DNA of 64,000 bases. Origin: Dehalococcoidia bacterium (GTDB lineage Bacteria > Chloroflexota > Dehalococcoidia > Lucifugimonadales > UBA2985). The position numbers and the translations under genes were made by a program. Below, in pieces: positions 45,709-56,600 of this stretch. The notes under the pieces were generated by a model, which ran no database searches, was not told where the DNA came from, and saw only the letters and a program-made list of their open reading frames with translations. The stretch lies in NCBI GenBank assembly GCA_965221925.1, contig OZ244924.1, positions 1,161,352 to 1,225,351 on the forward strand, written 5' to 3'. Position 1 is the stretch's first letter, and each line of letters starts with the position of its first letter.

Positions 45709-45912
45709 TCACTCTGTCCGGTCTTGGCGGGAGCGCAACCGTTCCAGCCGCTCCCGTCTGCGCCACTCCCGTTCATCCATGAACAGGCGTATGGCCTGGC
45801 GGAGCAGCTCGCTCACGGAGAGGTCATCCTCCTTCATCACCTGGCGCACCTGCGCCTCCATCTCCGGGGGCAGGGAGAAGGTGAGGGTCTTGGACTTTCT
45901 GGGTGTGGACAC
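45709..45912 (-). CDS. Ribbon-helix-helix (CopG-like) protein, paralog of 14701..14919
   Basis: MSTPRKSKTLTFSLPPEMEAQVRQVMKEDDLSVSELLRQAIRLFMDE. It lies 20 nt upstream of the recombinase start. Confidence 0.7.
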   Translation of the reverse strand: MSTPRKSKTLTFSLPPEMEAQVRQVMKEDDLSVSELLRQAIRLFMDEREWRRRERLERLRSRQDRTE

Positions 45913-46374
45913 TCCTTTAGTCTCCTGTTGTAGTATATTGTCTTACTATACACCATCATGACACCGGCCCGCAACCCCAATGAGGGTGGAGTCGTCGCGG
46001 GTCTGGGCGCTGCAACAATTGTCACGATTTGACCTGTTGGGGGCTGACACGGCAAGCGTAGGGAATGCCCTTTTGCCCCCTATAGGAAGTCCTAGGAACG
46101 GATTAACGTCGGTCGTGGAACATGCTCCACTGGCAATGTTGCCGCTGTGTCCGAGGCTGCCTGGCAAGGCTGTTGTTGCTAGGAGCCGTAGCTGATGGGC
46201 CATAGGGAAAGGCGGTGTGTGGCGTGTCAACGATGACGGCCTGGCCTGTCAGTTCTGCACCACTTTGTAATCGGGAGGGCGTAAGAGGCATGAGGGGTTG
46301 CAGGTGGGCGGACAATGGTCCCAGCAGCCATGCTGGGACACCTTTGCAGGAAGTGTTCGGAACGGCGAAAGTGG

Positions 46375-48567
46375 TCATTCTGCAAGTTGCTCCAGGGATG
46401 ATAACGGCCTTCTGTCTAGGGAATGGGGCGGCGGAAGTATCCATACGTCGCCCAGGATGCAATGCTCGGCAAGGGCCTCTGTGTTGGATGTGATGATAGG
46501 CACGTCATCCACCCCGTCGGCGATGTCGAGGAAGGCAGTCTCACTGCTGGGGGACTCGAACACGAAGAGCACCCGAGGCAGGTGTCCCTCGTGGTCACGC
46601 TCTGCCCAGCCGCTCTGGAAGTAGCGGCGGTAGGACTCTAGGCGTTTGGGGATTCGCTTCGGCGTCGTGGCCCGACGCTCGAACTCCAGGAGGAAGGGAC
46701 GACACCGGCCCTGGTACTCCAGGGTGAAGGAGGCGTCGGGGTGAATCACGTAGGTGGTCCAGTCGTAGCGGTAGCCGATGCTGGAGCGATGAGTGGGCAG
46801 CAGGTCGAACAGGTCGTAGTCGGGGGAGCGGGCGACCTCGGCAGACAGGGCGGCGGCGAAGCCGGTGACGCCGGCGTGATGCCGCGACTGGGAGGAGAGG
46901 ACGCGCAGGGCGGTCCCTGCGTAGACCGAAGGATTTATGTAGGAAGGTTGGGCGCTCCAGCGATCGAGGGTCAACCCCACGGCGGCCCGGTCCCTCCGGG
47001 CCAGGTACGTCAGCCCCTCGTCGGTGAGCACGTGCAGGGAGTCATCCTCCCGCGCGAGGCCATGCTGCCGCAGGGAGCGGAGCACCTGATTGACCCGGCG
47101 CAGGGTGACCCCGCCCATCAGTCCGGCAAGCTGCTCGCGGGTGCCCAGCGGCCATGCTGCCAGCAGGTTGAGGGCGTCCTTCTCGGCGCTGGTCAGCTGA
47201 ACCGAGAGGGTTGATGTGAGTTGCTCAGTAGGCTCCGGCATGGAGGCCTGCACGCCGGAGGGGTAGAGCGTGCCGGGCTTCGGCTTCGGGTTGTCACGAA
47301 GGAAGGGGTAGGACGACTCCAGCAACCGCTCCGCCCACGCTATGATACCTGCCGGGGATCCGTCGGGTGAGATACGCACTGGAGGGTTTTCGCCCAGGCC
47401 GCTACCACACTGCTGCCAGACGACCCCGGTGTGGTCTCCGGCCAGAAGCTCTCCCTCCGTCACCGCGAAGGTCCTGCAGTGCTCCCTCGGATCGCCCAGG
47501 GAGCGGATGGCCCTGCGGGTGGCCTGGTCTGCGTGGGTCAACACCAGGGTGACGGAGGGCGTCTCGAAGCTGTGCAGCCGCTCGATGCTCCTCAGGCGGT
47601 AGTGCAGATTGGCCGTGGGCAGCGTAGGCCCCTGGCGAACCAGGCCGATGGAGCGGCCCCCGGACAGGGTGAACAGCATGTCGTAGGGGCCGTTGCGGTA
47701 GTGGTCCACGCGCACGGGGTCGTTGTGGGGGTCGGCGCCGGCGATCATGGCGGCGACGCGGTAGAGCACAGCCGCGGCGTCCAGCCGCTCGGCCAGTAGC
47801 CGGAACCACTGCTTCGACACCGGGTAGGCCCCCAGCATGTGCTTTCGGCCCTTGGTGGCCGCGCCTGCGGCGGTGACGCCTTCCTCGGTCGGGAAGTAGC
47901 GGCGCTGCGGGCGAGACCCCAGCACACTCAGCTGGTGTTGTACTGAATCCACAAGACCCCGTTTGGCGAGCTTCCAAAGCCGTTCCCGCAGCGTGGATGC
48001 GGGAACGCGCCCGAACCGGGACAGTTCGTCCACGGTGGCCAGGGGTGTGCTGCACAGCAGCAGGAGCGTTTCCTCAAGACCCTCGCGCAGGGACCGCAGT
48101 GCCGGATCAGGCCGCAGGCCCTCCAGGTCGATGATGATCTCCAGCGTGGCGGCTTCCAGCGCCTCGACGTCCCCGCCGACGGAGTTGAGGACGGCGTGGG
48201 GCACAGCCCGCCCCGTGTGGCCCCGTTCGAGGAACCGCCACAGGGTGTGGCGGGACACGCCGAGGTCCTCGGCTGTCTTCCTCTGTCCATGCAGCGACGC
48301 GTAGGCGCGCACGTAGCGCCGAACTGCTCTCCTGAGGTTCGGTCCGGCTGGCGCAGCGCCGTTGATTCTTGCAGCTTGTGGATTCGTGGCTACCAATCCG
48401 ATGCTCCAACTTGCTAATGTCCCAATATCCCATCTTGAGGGGAAAACTGCTCGCATGTAATGCCCTGCAAGCCATTGTTTAGGGTGGGGTTTTGTGGTAG
48501 GGGGGAGGGGTGGCTGGGTCTGCCCCACCGCTACCGGGCAGCGAGCGGAAGGAGGCGTTAGCTTCAC
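46375..48567 (-). CDS. Replication-relaxation-type protein of element B; start uncertain (48567 or an internal ATG such as 48456)
   Basis: PLATVDELSRFGRVPASTLRERLWKLAKRGLV, a second wHTH EKDALNLLAAWPLGTREQLAGLMGV and a C-terminal HPDASFTLEYQGRCRPFLLEFERRA block, colinear with 11440..13092. Confidence 0.65.
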   Translation of the reverse strand: MKLTPPSARCPVAVGQTQPPLPPTTKPHPKQWLAGHYMRAVFPSRWDIGTLASWSIGLVATNPQAARINGAAPAGPNLRRAVRRYVRAYASLHGQRKTAEDLGVSRHTLWRFLERGHTGRAVPHAVLNSVGGDVEALEAATLEIIIDLEGLRPDPALRSLREGLEETLLLLCSTPLATVDELSRFGRVPASTLRERLWKLAKRGLVDSVQHQLSVLGSRPQRRYFPTEEGVTAAGAATKGRKHMLGAYPVSKQWFRLLAERLDAAAVLYRVAAMIAGADPHNDPVRVDHYRNGPYDMLFTLSGGRSIGLVRQGPTLPTANLHYRLRSIERLHSFETPSVTLVLTHADQATRRAIRSLGDPREHCRTFAVTEGELLAGDHTGVVWQQCGSGLGENPPVRISPDGSPAGIIAWAERLLESSYPFLRDNPKPKPGTLYPSGVQASMPEPTEQLTSTLSVQLTSAEKDALNLLAAWPLGTREQLAGLMGGVTLRRVNQVLRSLRQHGLAREDDSLHVLTDEGLTYLARRDRAAVGLTLDRWSAQPSYINPSVYAGTALRVLSSQSRHHAGVTGFAAALSAEVARSPDYDLFDLLPTHRSSIGYRYDWTTYVIHPDASFTLEYQGRCRPFLLEFERRATTPKRIPKRLESYRRYFQSGWAERDHEGHLPRVLFVFESPSSETAFLDIADGVDDVPIITSNTEALAEHCILGDVWILPPPHSLDRRPLSSLEQLAE

Positions 48568-48749
48568 ACCTACAAGAAGCTCTGCGTGAGCAGCACGATA
48601 GGGGTTAGGGCAATTGGGGAGGCGGGTGGAGCGGACGGGACGGGACGGGACGGGACTGTGGCAGGAACTACGTCGCGTCTCAACTTGCAGACTGTAGCGG
48701 AGCTAGGCGATTGGGGCATCTGGCCGGTGATTGCGAAACCCTCAAGTAC

Positions 48750-49637
48750 CTATTTGACAAGGCCGAGTAGATCATTGGCAATATCGTCAGCGCTCTTTAA
48801 CGATGTGTTCAAAGCTACCTTGTCTGCCAGTGTTGGACTGTAATGGGCGACTTCATCTACCGAAACTTTGTGCCAAATCGGAAGAATCCGACTAAGCCCC
48901 TGAGCTTCAAGGGCAACAAGCCCATCAAGCTCCTTTTGTGGCCACTCCTTCTTGAAAAAGGCTTCTGAGAGAACCACCACCCCAAATCGTGAATTCACCA
49001 ACCCACGGCCAATCTCCCGACGCAGGCTGTCCCCGACTTTGAGCGTGAATTCATCGTACCAGACACTGGCTCTCTTGCTTTCAAGGGCCTCTGCTAGCTG
49101 GCGAACGAAACCTTCCTTATCTTCGCTGGCGTGGGAGATGAAGAAATCATAGTATTTTGGGCTGGGAGGATCAATCACAAGCTCCCCATGTACTTGAGCA
49201 CGTTGCATGATTTCTCCTGTAATCCGACGCTCATGTGCCTCTCGTTCTCGAATCAGGCGCTTCTGTTCTTCAGCGGCTACCCTTCTCTCCTCCGTACTCT
49301 TCCGGGCTTGACGTTCTCTCTCAGTAGCAAGCTTCTTCCGCTCTCCCTCATTCTCTCTCGCGTGACGTTCTTCATAGGAGTGCAATCTCTTGGACTTGTC
49401 GGCTATCTGACTTGCCAGATTCGCCATCCTTTTCTCTACTGTGGCAAGGTCTCTACAGGCGTTCTCCATCTCTCTGGCCCTTGACTTGAGGGTCGCGGAG
49501 TTCTTTGTTCTCGAAGCAGCAGCGTTCGCTCGGTTGACCCTCGTAAGCAGCCCGGCTTGTTTCTCTCGCTCTCGCGCCTCGCGCTCCCTTAGTGTGGCGA
49601 TCTCTCTATTGAGGTTGTCAATCTGGCTAGTAGTCAT
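48750..49637 (-). CDS. Coiled-coil + TIR-domain protein
   Basis: About 150 aa of charged heptad-like sequence are followed by YYDFFISHASEDKEGFVRQLAEALESKRASVWYDEFTLKVGDSLRREIGRGLVNSRFGVVVLSEAFFKKEWPQKELDGL (TIR, with a conserved Glu). Its ATG overlaps the helicase stop (ATGA). Confidence 0.85.
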   Translation of the reverse strand: MTTSQIDNLNREIATLREREAREREKQAGLLTRVNRANAAASRTKNSATLKSRAREMENACRDLATVEKRMANLASQIADKSKRLHSYEERHARENEGERKKLATERERQARKSTEERRVAAEEQKRLIREREAHERRITGEIMQRAQVHGELVIDPPSPKYYDFFISHASEDKEGFVRQLAEALESKRASVWYDEFTLKVGDSLRREIGRGLVNSRFGVVVLSEAFFKKEWPQKELDGLVALEAQGLSRILPIWHKVSVDEVAHYSPTLADKVALNTSLKSADDIANDLLGLVK

Positions 49638-52600
49638 TCAGGCATCACCACCTGGTAGCAAACGACTCCCAAGTCGTCCTCGGTGATGGGCTCGGGAGCT
49701 GGTGGAGCTTCTATTGGCCGCAGACCAAACCTCTCAACCACTTCAATGATTCGGCGAATGCAGTCCGTCACGCTCATTCCGCCGCCTTCATACTCCCGGC
49801 GAAGCTCCGAGAGCTTGCGGCGCACCAAGTTGTTCCTGCCGACCGAGAGGGCTTGGTCAGCCTCGTCGTACTCGTCACCGGCGGGAGCATCCGGCGACCG
49901 TAGCACGTCCAGCGCCCAACGCTGGCTGGCTGGCAATGCTGCGAACCTGGCTTCGGGGTCGAGAAGGGCGTTGTGTGCCGCGCAGATGTCGGCTGCTGCT
50001 ATGGCAAACATCCGCTCCAAGTCGAGGCTGTCGGGAATGGGGCAGCCAGGCTGCTCTTGCGGGTCTATCAGCCGCAGCATCGGCAGATTTTCCCTGTACA
50101 GGATCTGTCCAGATTGCGACACCATACGCCAGTACCGCTCATCTCTACGCGTCCGGCATGCGAAGAACACTGTAGACTCTGCCAGTGTCGGTGACCGCTG
50201 CACGAAAGCGGCGCCTATGCCCCAAGGCATGTCCCGGAGCCTGGCAATCTCGCCCTCTTCGGCAGCGCGGCGAAGATATGAGCGGAAGAGCTCTCCGGCG
50301 AAGGCGGAGCTGGTCTCCCCGCCACTCTCCTGCTCGTCCAGCAGGGTGGCATCCCCCCTGGCGAGACGTTCGGCAAAGGTGGTCAGGTCAGCGTACACCC
50401 GGGATTCCGCCTCTACGTTGGCAAGTACCGGAGTTTCCATGCCCACCGAGGCGTTCGCCGCCATGATCTTTACCTGGAGCTTGGCCTCCAACTTTAGCAG
50501 CCGGTCCAAGTCACCCTGCTTGGGAAGTAGGGTGTAGAGATATGCCGTGTCGTGCGGGCTGCGCAGGCGGATGATGCGTCCGTTGCGCTGCACCACACGT
50601 TGAGGATTCCAGGGCATATCGAAGGAGAGCACCGCCTGGGCCTGCTGCAAGTTCTGCCCCTCGGAGAGGATGTCAGTGCTGATAATCACGTCTACTTCGC
50701 CGCCGTCCGGCCGATAGCCTTGCTCTCCCGTCACCGACTCCGGACAAAATCGTTCTAGCTCTCTCGTGCGGGCGTCGGCGCTGGTTTCCGAGCCAATGGC
50801 CACCGTCCATTTGCGGTCTCCCAGCAGGTCCGGTTGGCTCTCGATTCGCTCCTTCAGATAGGTCGCCGTATCCTGGAATGCCGTAAAGACGGCGACTTTA
50901 CGCGACGGCGTTGTCGCCATCACTGCTCTGAGCGTGTCCAGTTTGGGGTCAGGTCTGTTCTTCAAGCTCTCCAACCGTGCTGACATGGTTGACAGTGCAT
51001 CCCAGTCTTTCTGCAAGTCGGTCAAGAACTGGTCGTTGAAACTATCGGCGGCAATCCCACCTTCCGAGCCTGCCAATGCCTCGTCGATCAGGTCGGCGCT
51101 AAGGAATGTGTCGTCCTCTCCCGCATTGCCAACCAGGTCCCTAATGGCTTCCGGCGGGGGAACCGCTCCACGCTCTGCGATGACCCTGAGCATCACTTCG
51201 TTCCCATCCCGCATCCTGTTCACAGTTTGCAGGGCCGCATACCAGGACGACTCGAATCGTTTCAGCAGTTGCGACTGCATGAGTCCGGCCAGCGCTTCTT
51301 CCGATGCCGACTCTCCCTGTTTGTCCAACCTGTAGGCCGATGGGCGGTAACGCGCCATCGTCAGCCCGTCGATTCCGTCGTAGATGGCTTGCACGATTCC
51401 AGGGTGCGCTCTGTCCAAGTCGTAGCGGCATTCGTGCAGTTCTGGCTCCGGAAACTTCACCGGCGTTCCGTCGGCGAAGCGCTCGTCGCGATACCGCTTC
51501 TTGATGAAGGCCCGATCACGCCGCACTGTCAGTGCATCGATTAGCGGGAAGAGCTTGGCTTCCGACAGGTTCTCGGACTTGGAGGCCCCGGCATCGGCGA
51601 AGAACTTCCGCAGGCTCGGAATCCTCAGCGGCTCACCGTTGAATCTCCCATCGTGCCGACCGAACAGCAGGAAGAGATTGTGCAGGTCCCATAGGGAGTT
51701 GTTGACCGGAGTCGCGGTCAGAAGCAGCAACTTCTTCGGCGTTCCTCCCATAAGCCGGTCCAGCACCGCATACCAGGTGTTGTCCACGTTGCGGTAAGCG
51801 TGGGCCTCGTCGATGATGACGAAACGGTACACGTCCTTGTTCACTGGCAGGACCCTTTGCCCTCCATCAGGGGACAGTTGCCGGTCCTGGGCCAGCTGCT
51901 GGTAGGACACCACGGTCCCCGGCAGGTTCTCCTCAGCCAGGCGCTGCTGCCAGAGGCGGTCCCGGAGCTGGGCCGGGGAGATGACCAACACGTGCTGGCC
52001 CAGGTCACGGGTGTGTTCGCGGATGAACTGGACGCCTATCTCCGTCTTGCCCATGCCAACGCCATCGGCGTAGAGAACGCCACCGTAGCGGTCAAGGATA
52101 CGCTTTGCCCGCGCCAGCCCGTCCCGCTGGAAAGCGGTGAGCGTATGCAGATCGGGTAGAGGTCCATCGTCTTCTAGCTCGCCCTCGTAAAGCTCCAGCA
52201 GGGCGCGTAGGAAGACGGTCTGAGGGTCGCTCTCCAAGGCAGGGGGCCGCAGCAGCTCTAGCAGCTCCTCACGAAAGTCCTGGGCGTCGTCCCAGAGGCG
52301 CTGATACCAGTCCAATGCCCTGCCGACGACGTTGGGTTGGTAATGCACCATGCCCAGCTCGAGATTGGCGACCAAGCCGCCCTGTGTCAGGTTGGCCGAC
52401 GACACCAGCGCCGCCCCCGGCCCTACCGGAGACCCGGCGTTGCTCAGTTCGCCGATGACGTAGGCTTTGCCGTGGAGGAAGCGCCGGACGTAGCGCCGCG
52501 CCGCAACGCCGTCGGACTCGAAGAAGCGGGTCACCCGCTCCAGGACGGCTCGCCGGGCGGTGGGAAAGGCCGAGAAGTCGCGTTGGCGGCGTAGCGCCGA

Positions 52601-52876
52601 GACAGATTGCTCGAAACGGTCGGCGACGGTTTCCCCCGCCGGGCCGATCAAGGCCTCCGGCACTGCACCTATCAATAAGCGTGTAGGCCGTTCCGGCTCC
52701 GCCGCTATCCTGGTCAGAGCGTCCAGCCCCTCTAGGCCAACGTAGCCCGTGGCAACGCTCAGAGGCCCCGCGTAGTGCTCCGCCAGCCACGCCAACGCCT
52801 GCTGGTGGTTGCCGTAGTCAACGTTGTCCACCAACTCGAAGGGGCCGTGCTGGGATGGATGGCTTTGGCTCGTCAT
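49634..52876 (-). CDS. PLD-family nuclease domain fused to an SNF2-family helicase
   Basis: PLD motif is FLHGKAYVIGE...ALVSSANLT. SNF2 motifs are YADGVGMGKTEIG, VIIDEAHAYRN, LLLLTATPVNN, STDILSEGQNLQ and QRNGRIIRLRS. Confidence 0.9.
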   Translation of the reverse strand: MTSQSHPSQHGPFELVDNVDYGNHQQALAWLAEHYAGPLSVATGYVGLEGLDALTRIAAEPERPTRLLIGAVPEALIGPAGETVADRFEQSVSALRRQRDFSAFPTARRAVLERVTRFFESDGVAARRYVRRFLHGKAYVIGELSNAGSPVGPGAALVSSANLTQGGLVANLELGMVHYQPNVVGRALDWYQRLWDDAQDFREELLELLRPPALESDPQTVFLRALLELYEGELEDDGPLPDLHTLTAFQRDGLARAKRILDRYGGVLYADGVGMGKTEIGVQFIREHTRDLGQHVLVISPAQLRDRLWQQRLAEENLPGTVVSYQQLAQDRQLSPDGGQRVLPVNKDVYRFVIIDEAHAYRNVDNTWYAVLDRLMGGTPKKLLLLTATPVNNSLWDLHNLFLLFGRHDGRFNGEPLRIPSLRKFFADAGASKSENLSEAKLFPLIDALTVRRDRAFIKKRYRDERFADGTPVKFPEPELHECRYDLDRAHPGIVQAIYDGIDGLTMARYRPSAYRLDKQGESASEEALAGLMQSQLLKRFESSWYAALQTVNRMRDGNEVMLRVIAERGAVPPPEAIRDLVGNAGEDDTFLSADLIDEALAGSEGGIAADSFNDQFLTDLQKDWDALSTMSARLESLKNRPDPKLDTLRAVMATTPSRKVAVFTAFQDTATYLKERIESQPDLLGDRKWTVAIGSETSADARTRELERFCPESVTGEQGYRPDGGEVDVIISTDILSEGQNLQQAQAVLSFDMPWNPQRVVQRNGRIIRLRSPHDTAYLYTLLPKQGDLDRLLKLEAKLQVKIMAANASVGMETPVLANVEAESRVYADLTTFAERLARGDATLLDEQESGGETSSAFAGELFRSYLRRAAEEGEIARLRDMPWGIGAAFVQRSPTLAESTVFFACRTRRDERYWRMVSQSGQILYRENLPMLRLIDPQEQPGCPIPDSLDLERMFAIAAADICAAHNALLDPEARFAALPASQRWALDVLRSPDAPAGDEYDEADQALSVGRNNLVRRKLSELRREYEGGGMSVTDCIRRIIEVVERFGLRPIEAPPAPEPITEDDLGVVCYQVVMPE

Positions 52877-52888
52877 GTCACCAACCGC

Positions 52889-53674
52889 CTAGTCTGACTT
52901 GAGAATGGGGTACTGCCCGGACAACGGGTGACAACCGTTCTTTGCATGCAGGATAAACCGGTCTATCACTTGCCGTGCGGTTTTTATTACGTCACTTCGC
53001 TCACTTCCAGAGAGGTGTTTCGCCTCTCCATGGTGCTGGTATTTGCTGAAGTCTTCTAGCTTTGTAGTTAGTGCCTGGTCAATGCGCAGACATTCCCTCA
53101 TACTGATCCATGATTTCTTGGCTCTAGCCTTCTCCTTATCTTCTGAGTTAACGAAATGCTGTCTGAGGCTCTCGATGGCCCGGTAGGCAAACAGGCCTGT
53201 GTCATGGGGCATTCGATACGCTCTTCCGACGTCTCCCAGAGCGCGGCGAAGCGGGTCCGTTATAGAGGCACTATTAGATCCCACTGAAAATAGAACCTCG
53301 GCAATCTCCTCGTACTTCTTTTCGGTCTCTTCGGTCCAGCTAAAGTTGGATCCTGTTCTATACTCGAACTCTGGCGACAACCCATTATTCGCACATACTG
53401 CCAATCGGATCTCCATATCAAGACCTTTCCTTGCCGCATATCCGTATGCATCAACAAGGCTTCTCGCGATGGTGTCAATGCAGTTGCGTAGCGTGGCGAT
53501 GTCCTTGACCTCTGTGTCACTATGCGCCGCCACTGATATTTGAGATTGGTGAATTGATAGCGTCACCCCAAGGTCAAATTCAACATCGGGAAACTTAACA
53601 TGGCCGCTGACCGGAGGAAGGGTCAGTCCCAGGCGCTCCGGTATAACGACCCCATAGAAAATGTATGTGAACAT
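52889..53674 (-). CDS. 261-aa protein of unknown function
   Basis: Clean ORF with a purine-rich stretch upstream, 22 nt after the methylase stop and 12 nt before the helicase start. Visibly AT-richer than its neighbours. I recognise no motif. Confidence 0.7.
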   Translation of the reverse strand: MFTYIFYGVVIPERLGLTLPPVSGHVKFPDVEFDLGVTLSIHQSQISVAAHSDTEVKDIATLRNCIDTIARSLVDAYGYAARKGLDMEIRLAVCANNGLSPEFEYRTGSNFSWTEETEKKYEEIAEVLFSVGSNSASITDPLRRALGDVGRAYRMPHDTGLFAYRAIESLRQHFVNSEDKEKARAKKSWISMRECLRIDQALTTKLEDFSKYQHHGEAKHLSGSERSDVIKTARQVIDRFILHAKNGCHPLSGQYPILKSD

Positions 53675-53696
53675 TTCTGTTATCCTTCTCCCTCAC

Positions 53697-56600
53697 CTAC
53701 AGCCCCTCGAACTTCTCCAGAACCTGCCGCCGGTAGGCGGGGCTGACGGCGTTCTCCGTGAAGTCGGTGAAGATGAAGCGCAGCTCGTCCTCGGTCAGGC
53801 CGTAGGCGCGGGCAACCAGTGCGTCTATCTCCGCTCGCATGTCGTTGTGCTGAGCCTCGGTCAACACCCCGCACTCCACCCCGGCCTCCACCGCGAACTC
53901 GGCGAACCGATCATCCACGCAGGACAGCCGGGCAGCCAACCTACCGATGTGCTCCCACGGCGTGTTGTCTGGAGGCGGGAGGGTGAGACTGTTGAGAACG
54001 TAGAAGTTGAGATGCGTTTCGACGTATCTTCGCGCCACCCAGTCGAAGGGGACACTGTTCAACACACCCAGCAGATTCGCCTGCGAGATAGGGTCCCATC
54101 CCGCAAGCACGAGGTATGGTGCGCTATTCGTGAGTGGGGTTGTGGGGGGTATGAGACAGGCTATCGATGTGCGAGAGTCGGTAGCTCGCCCTATGTCCCG
54201 GAACGCTACGCGGCAGTGGTTCATCGGATGGGTCTTGGGATCGGCTAGGACCTCTTTGGAAAACATGCGCTTGAAGACGGGAGAGCGCATCCGTTTGGTC
54301 TGCACGAAGTCCAAAACCTCATCCCGTACAGAGTATCCAGCGGGTTCATTGCCATGCGGCTCGTATTGGTTGAAGGAACGGCCCTTCCACACGGGGGTGC
54401 CTTGGGAATGGGAGAAAAGGGCGCGCTGCTGTGTCTCATCTAGCTCCCTATGCGGAACTGCATGAGACACAGCAGCGCGCCCTTTTGCGGATTTTTGCAT
54501 TTCAGGGCTTTGAAGTGCATCGAACTGGATGCCGCGCCGCAGCTTGGCGAGCACGTCGGCGTGCTTCTGGCTTGGCATGAGTGGCACTACATGGGCGCTA
54601 CCCAGGGAGGACGTAGGGATGGTAATACCATCGCCTTGAGCGGATGCCTGAAACTCGTCAAGGCTTGCTGACGGACCGGTGACTTGAAAGGCGGCCTGAC
54701 CGGTTGGAGTGTGGCGTTGGCTAGTCAGCAGCGCAATCGTGTATTGTGGATGAATAGTGAACGCCCAACTTCGGTTATTCAGCAGAAGGTCGAGACGCCG
54801 CACGCTGTTACGGGTAAAGAGCCATTGCCTGAAGCGCCTGGCCCCTTCCGCAAGAAACGCACTTCTGGGCAGCACCACGCCCAGCCGCCCATCTTGCCTG
54901 ACGAGGTGGCTGTATCGCTCGCAAAAGAGTTGGTAGAGGTCTTTGTCGCCCACTCCCTGAAGCTTGTATCCCCCGCTCTCGGAGAAAAATCCCCTGACGG
55001 TCGCCAACTGTTGCTGCTGGGATCCAAACTCTCCACGCCAGTCGGGTTGCTGCTCATCGAGCGCGGCGATGCGCTTTCTCCTATCGGCCAAACTCGGCAG
55101 TCCACGCAACCCGGGTTCCCGCAGCGCGTAGAAGGCAAGCTCTTCGACCGTAACTTCGTTCCACGGTGGGTTGCCGACCACTACGTCGAAGCCGGGGCGG
55201 TCGCGGTGGAAGACGTTGGGGAACTCCAGGGGCCAGTGGAAGAAACTGAATCGATCGGCAACGCCGCCCGCCTCTTCGATGGCCACGCGGACATCGGCGG
55301 ATGCAGCGCCTTCGACGATGGCGTCGGCGTTGATTTCCAGCGTGTGGCGAGCGCCGTCCAACCCCAGCGGTTCTGCCGCCCATAGGTCGAAGGCGGCGCG
55401 CAGCCCAACGGTGGCCTCCTCCCTTCGGACTCCCAACTCCTCGGACTGCTTGACCTCTTCAGGTGTACGGTCGGGAACGGCGGCCTGTTCCCGCTGTAAC
55501 TGTGCGGCTTGCTCCATAGCATTCCGCACCGTCTGGCCGGTGAAGAGCGGGCTGTCGCTGGCGCCGACGACGGATGGGTCGGCCACGCCGATGAGGGCGT
55601 CGCCGCACTTGAGGTTGCTGCCGAGGTAGGAGAGGGCTAGGCCGGGCACGAAGGACGCGAGCCACAGGGTGACGTTGGCAACCTCCACGGCCATGGGCGA
55701 AAGGTCTACGCCGTAGATGCAGCGTTTGAGTATGAGCCTCCGCAGCAGGTCGCCGTCCTCCGGCTGTTGGGCAATCGGCCCGCTGTCCTGGCTCAACTCG
55801 CTGAGCAGCTGGGCAATGCCGGGCAGGCCGCCTACCTCGGCGAGGAAGATTTCGATGCGGTCGGCGATCATGTCCAGGGCCGCCGTGAGGAAGTGGGCGC
55901 TTCCCATCGCCGGATCCACCACCGAGAAATCGAACAGCTGGCGCGCTGCTTCATTCGGGTCACGGCCGGCTACCTGTTTGACCTCGGCCAAGTGGTCCTC
56001 AAGAGCGGGCAGCAATGAATGGTTGAGCAGGTGAGACACAAACTCGTGGCGTGTATAGAACACGCCTACGGCCTTGCGTCCACCCGCTTCGGCTTGGTAG
56101 TAGAGCTGCGCCCTAGTCACCTCCGGGCGCTCACCGGCGCGGAGTGGCCGGAATACGTCCTGCCTGGCGTCGTAGGCCAGGTCTTCGGGAGCGTGGGTCA
56201 GCCGAAAGGTGAGCAACGCTTCGTAGATGGCTCCAAGGTGGCCGACTTGCAACCCGGCGTAGTCCAGTCCCGGAGCGTCGGGTTTGTCCGTCTCGTAGGA
56301 GATGGCCGTGAGCGCAGGAGCGAGATAGACATCGGCTATTTCGGCCCGTTCCAGCAATGCGCTGCCAGGGAAGCCATCGGCAGCGAAGAGGCTGCCGTTG
56401 TAGGCGGGTACCCCGGCCGAGCGGTCTCCTGTGCGCACCATCCGCACCAGCGTCCGCATCCGATCCCATCGCTGTGTTGCCCTCCGGCTGTAGGATGCCC
56501 GGGCCAGCCGGGAGTCCTCGGCAAGCTGGCGTGCGCTGTAGGGCCGGTAGGCCGCCGAGCCGATGGGCAGATAACCGCGTGCCTCGGTGTGCAGCAGGAA

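Noticed and set aside
48634-48657. GACGGG hexamer microsatellite in the gap right of the relaxase-like gene
   Set aside because: It has four short copies, no flanking structure and no obvious link to a gene start. It seems too weak to interpret.
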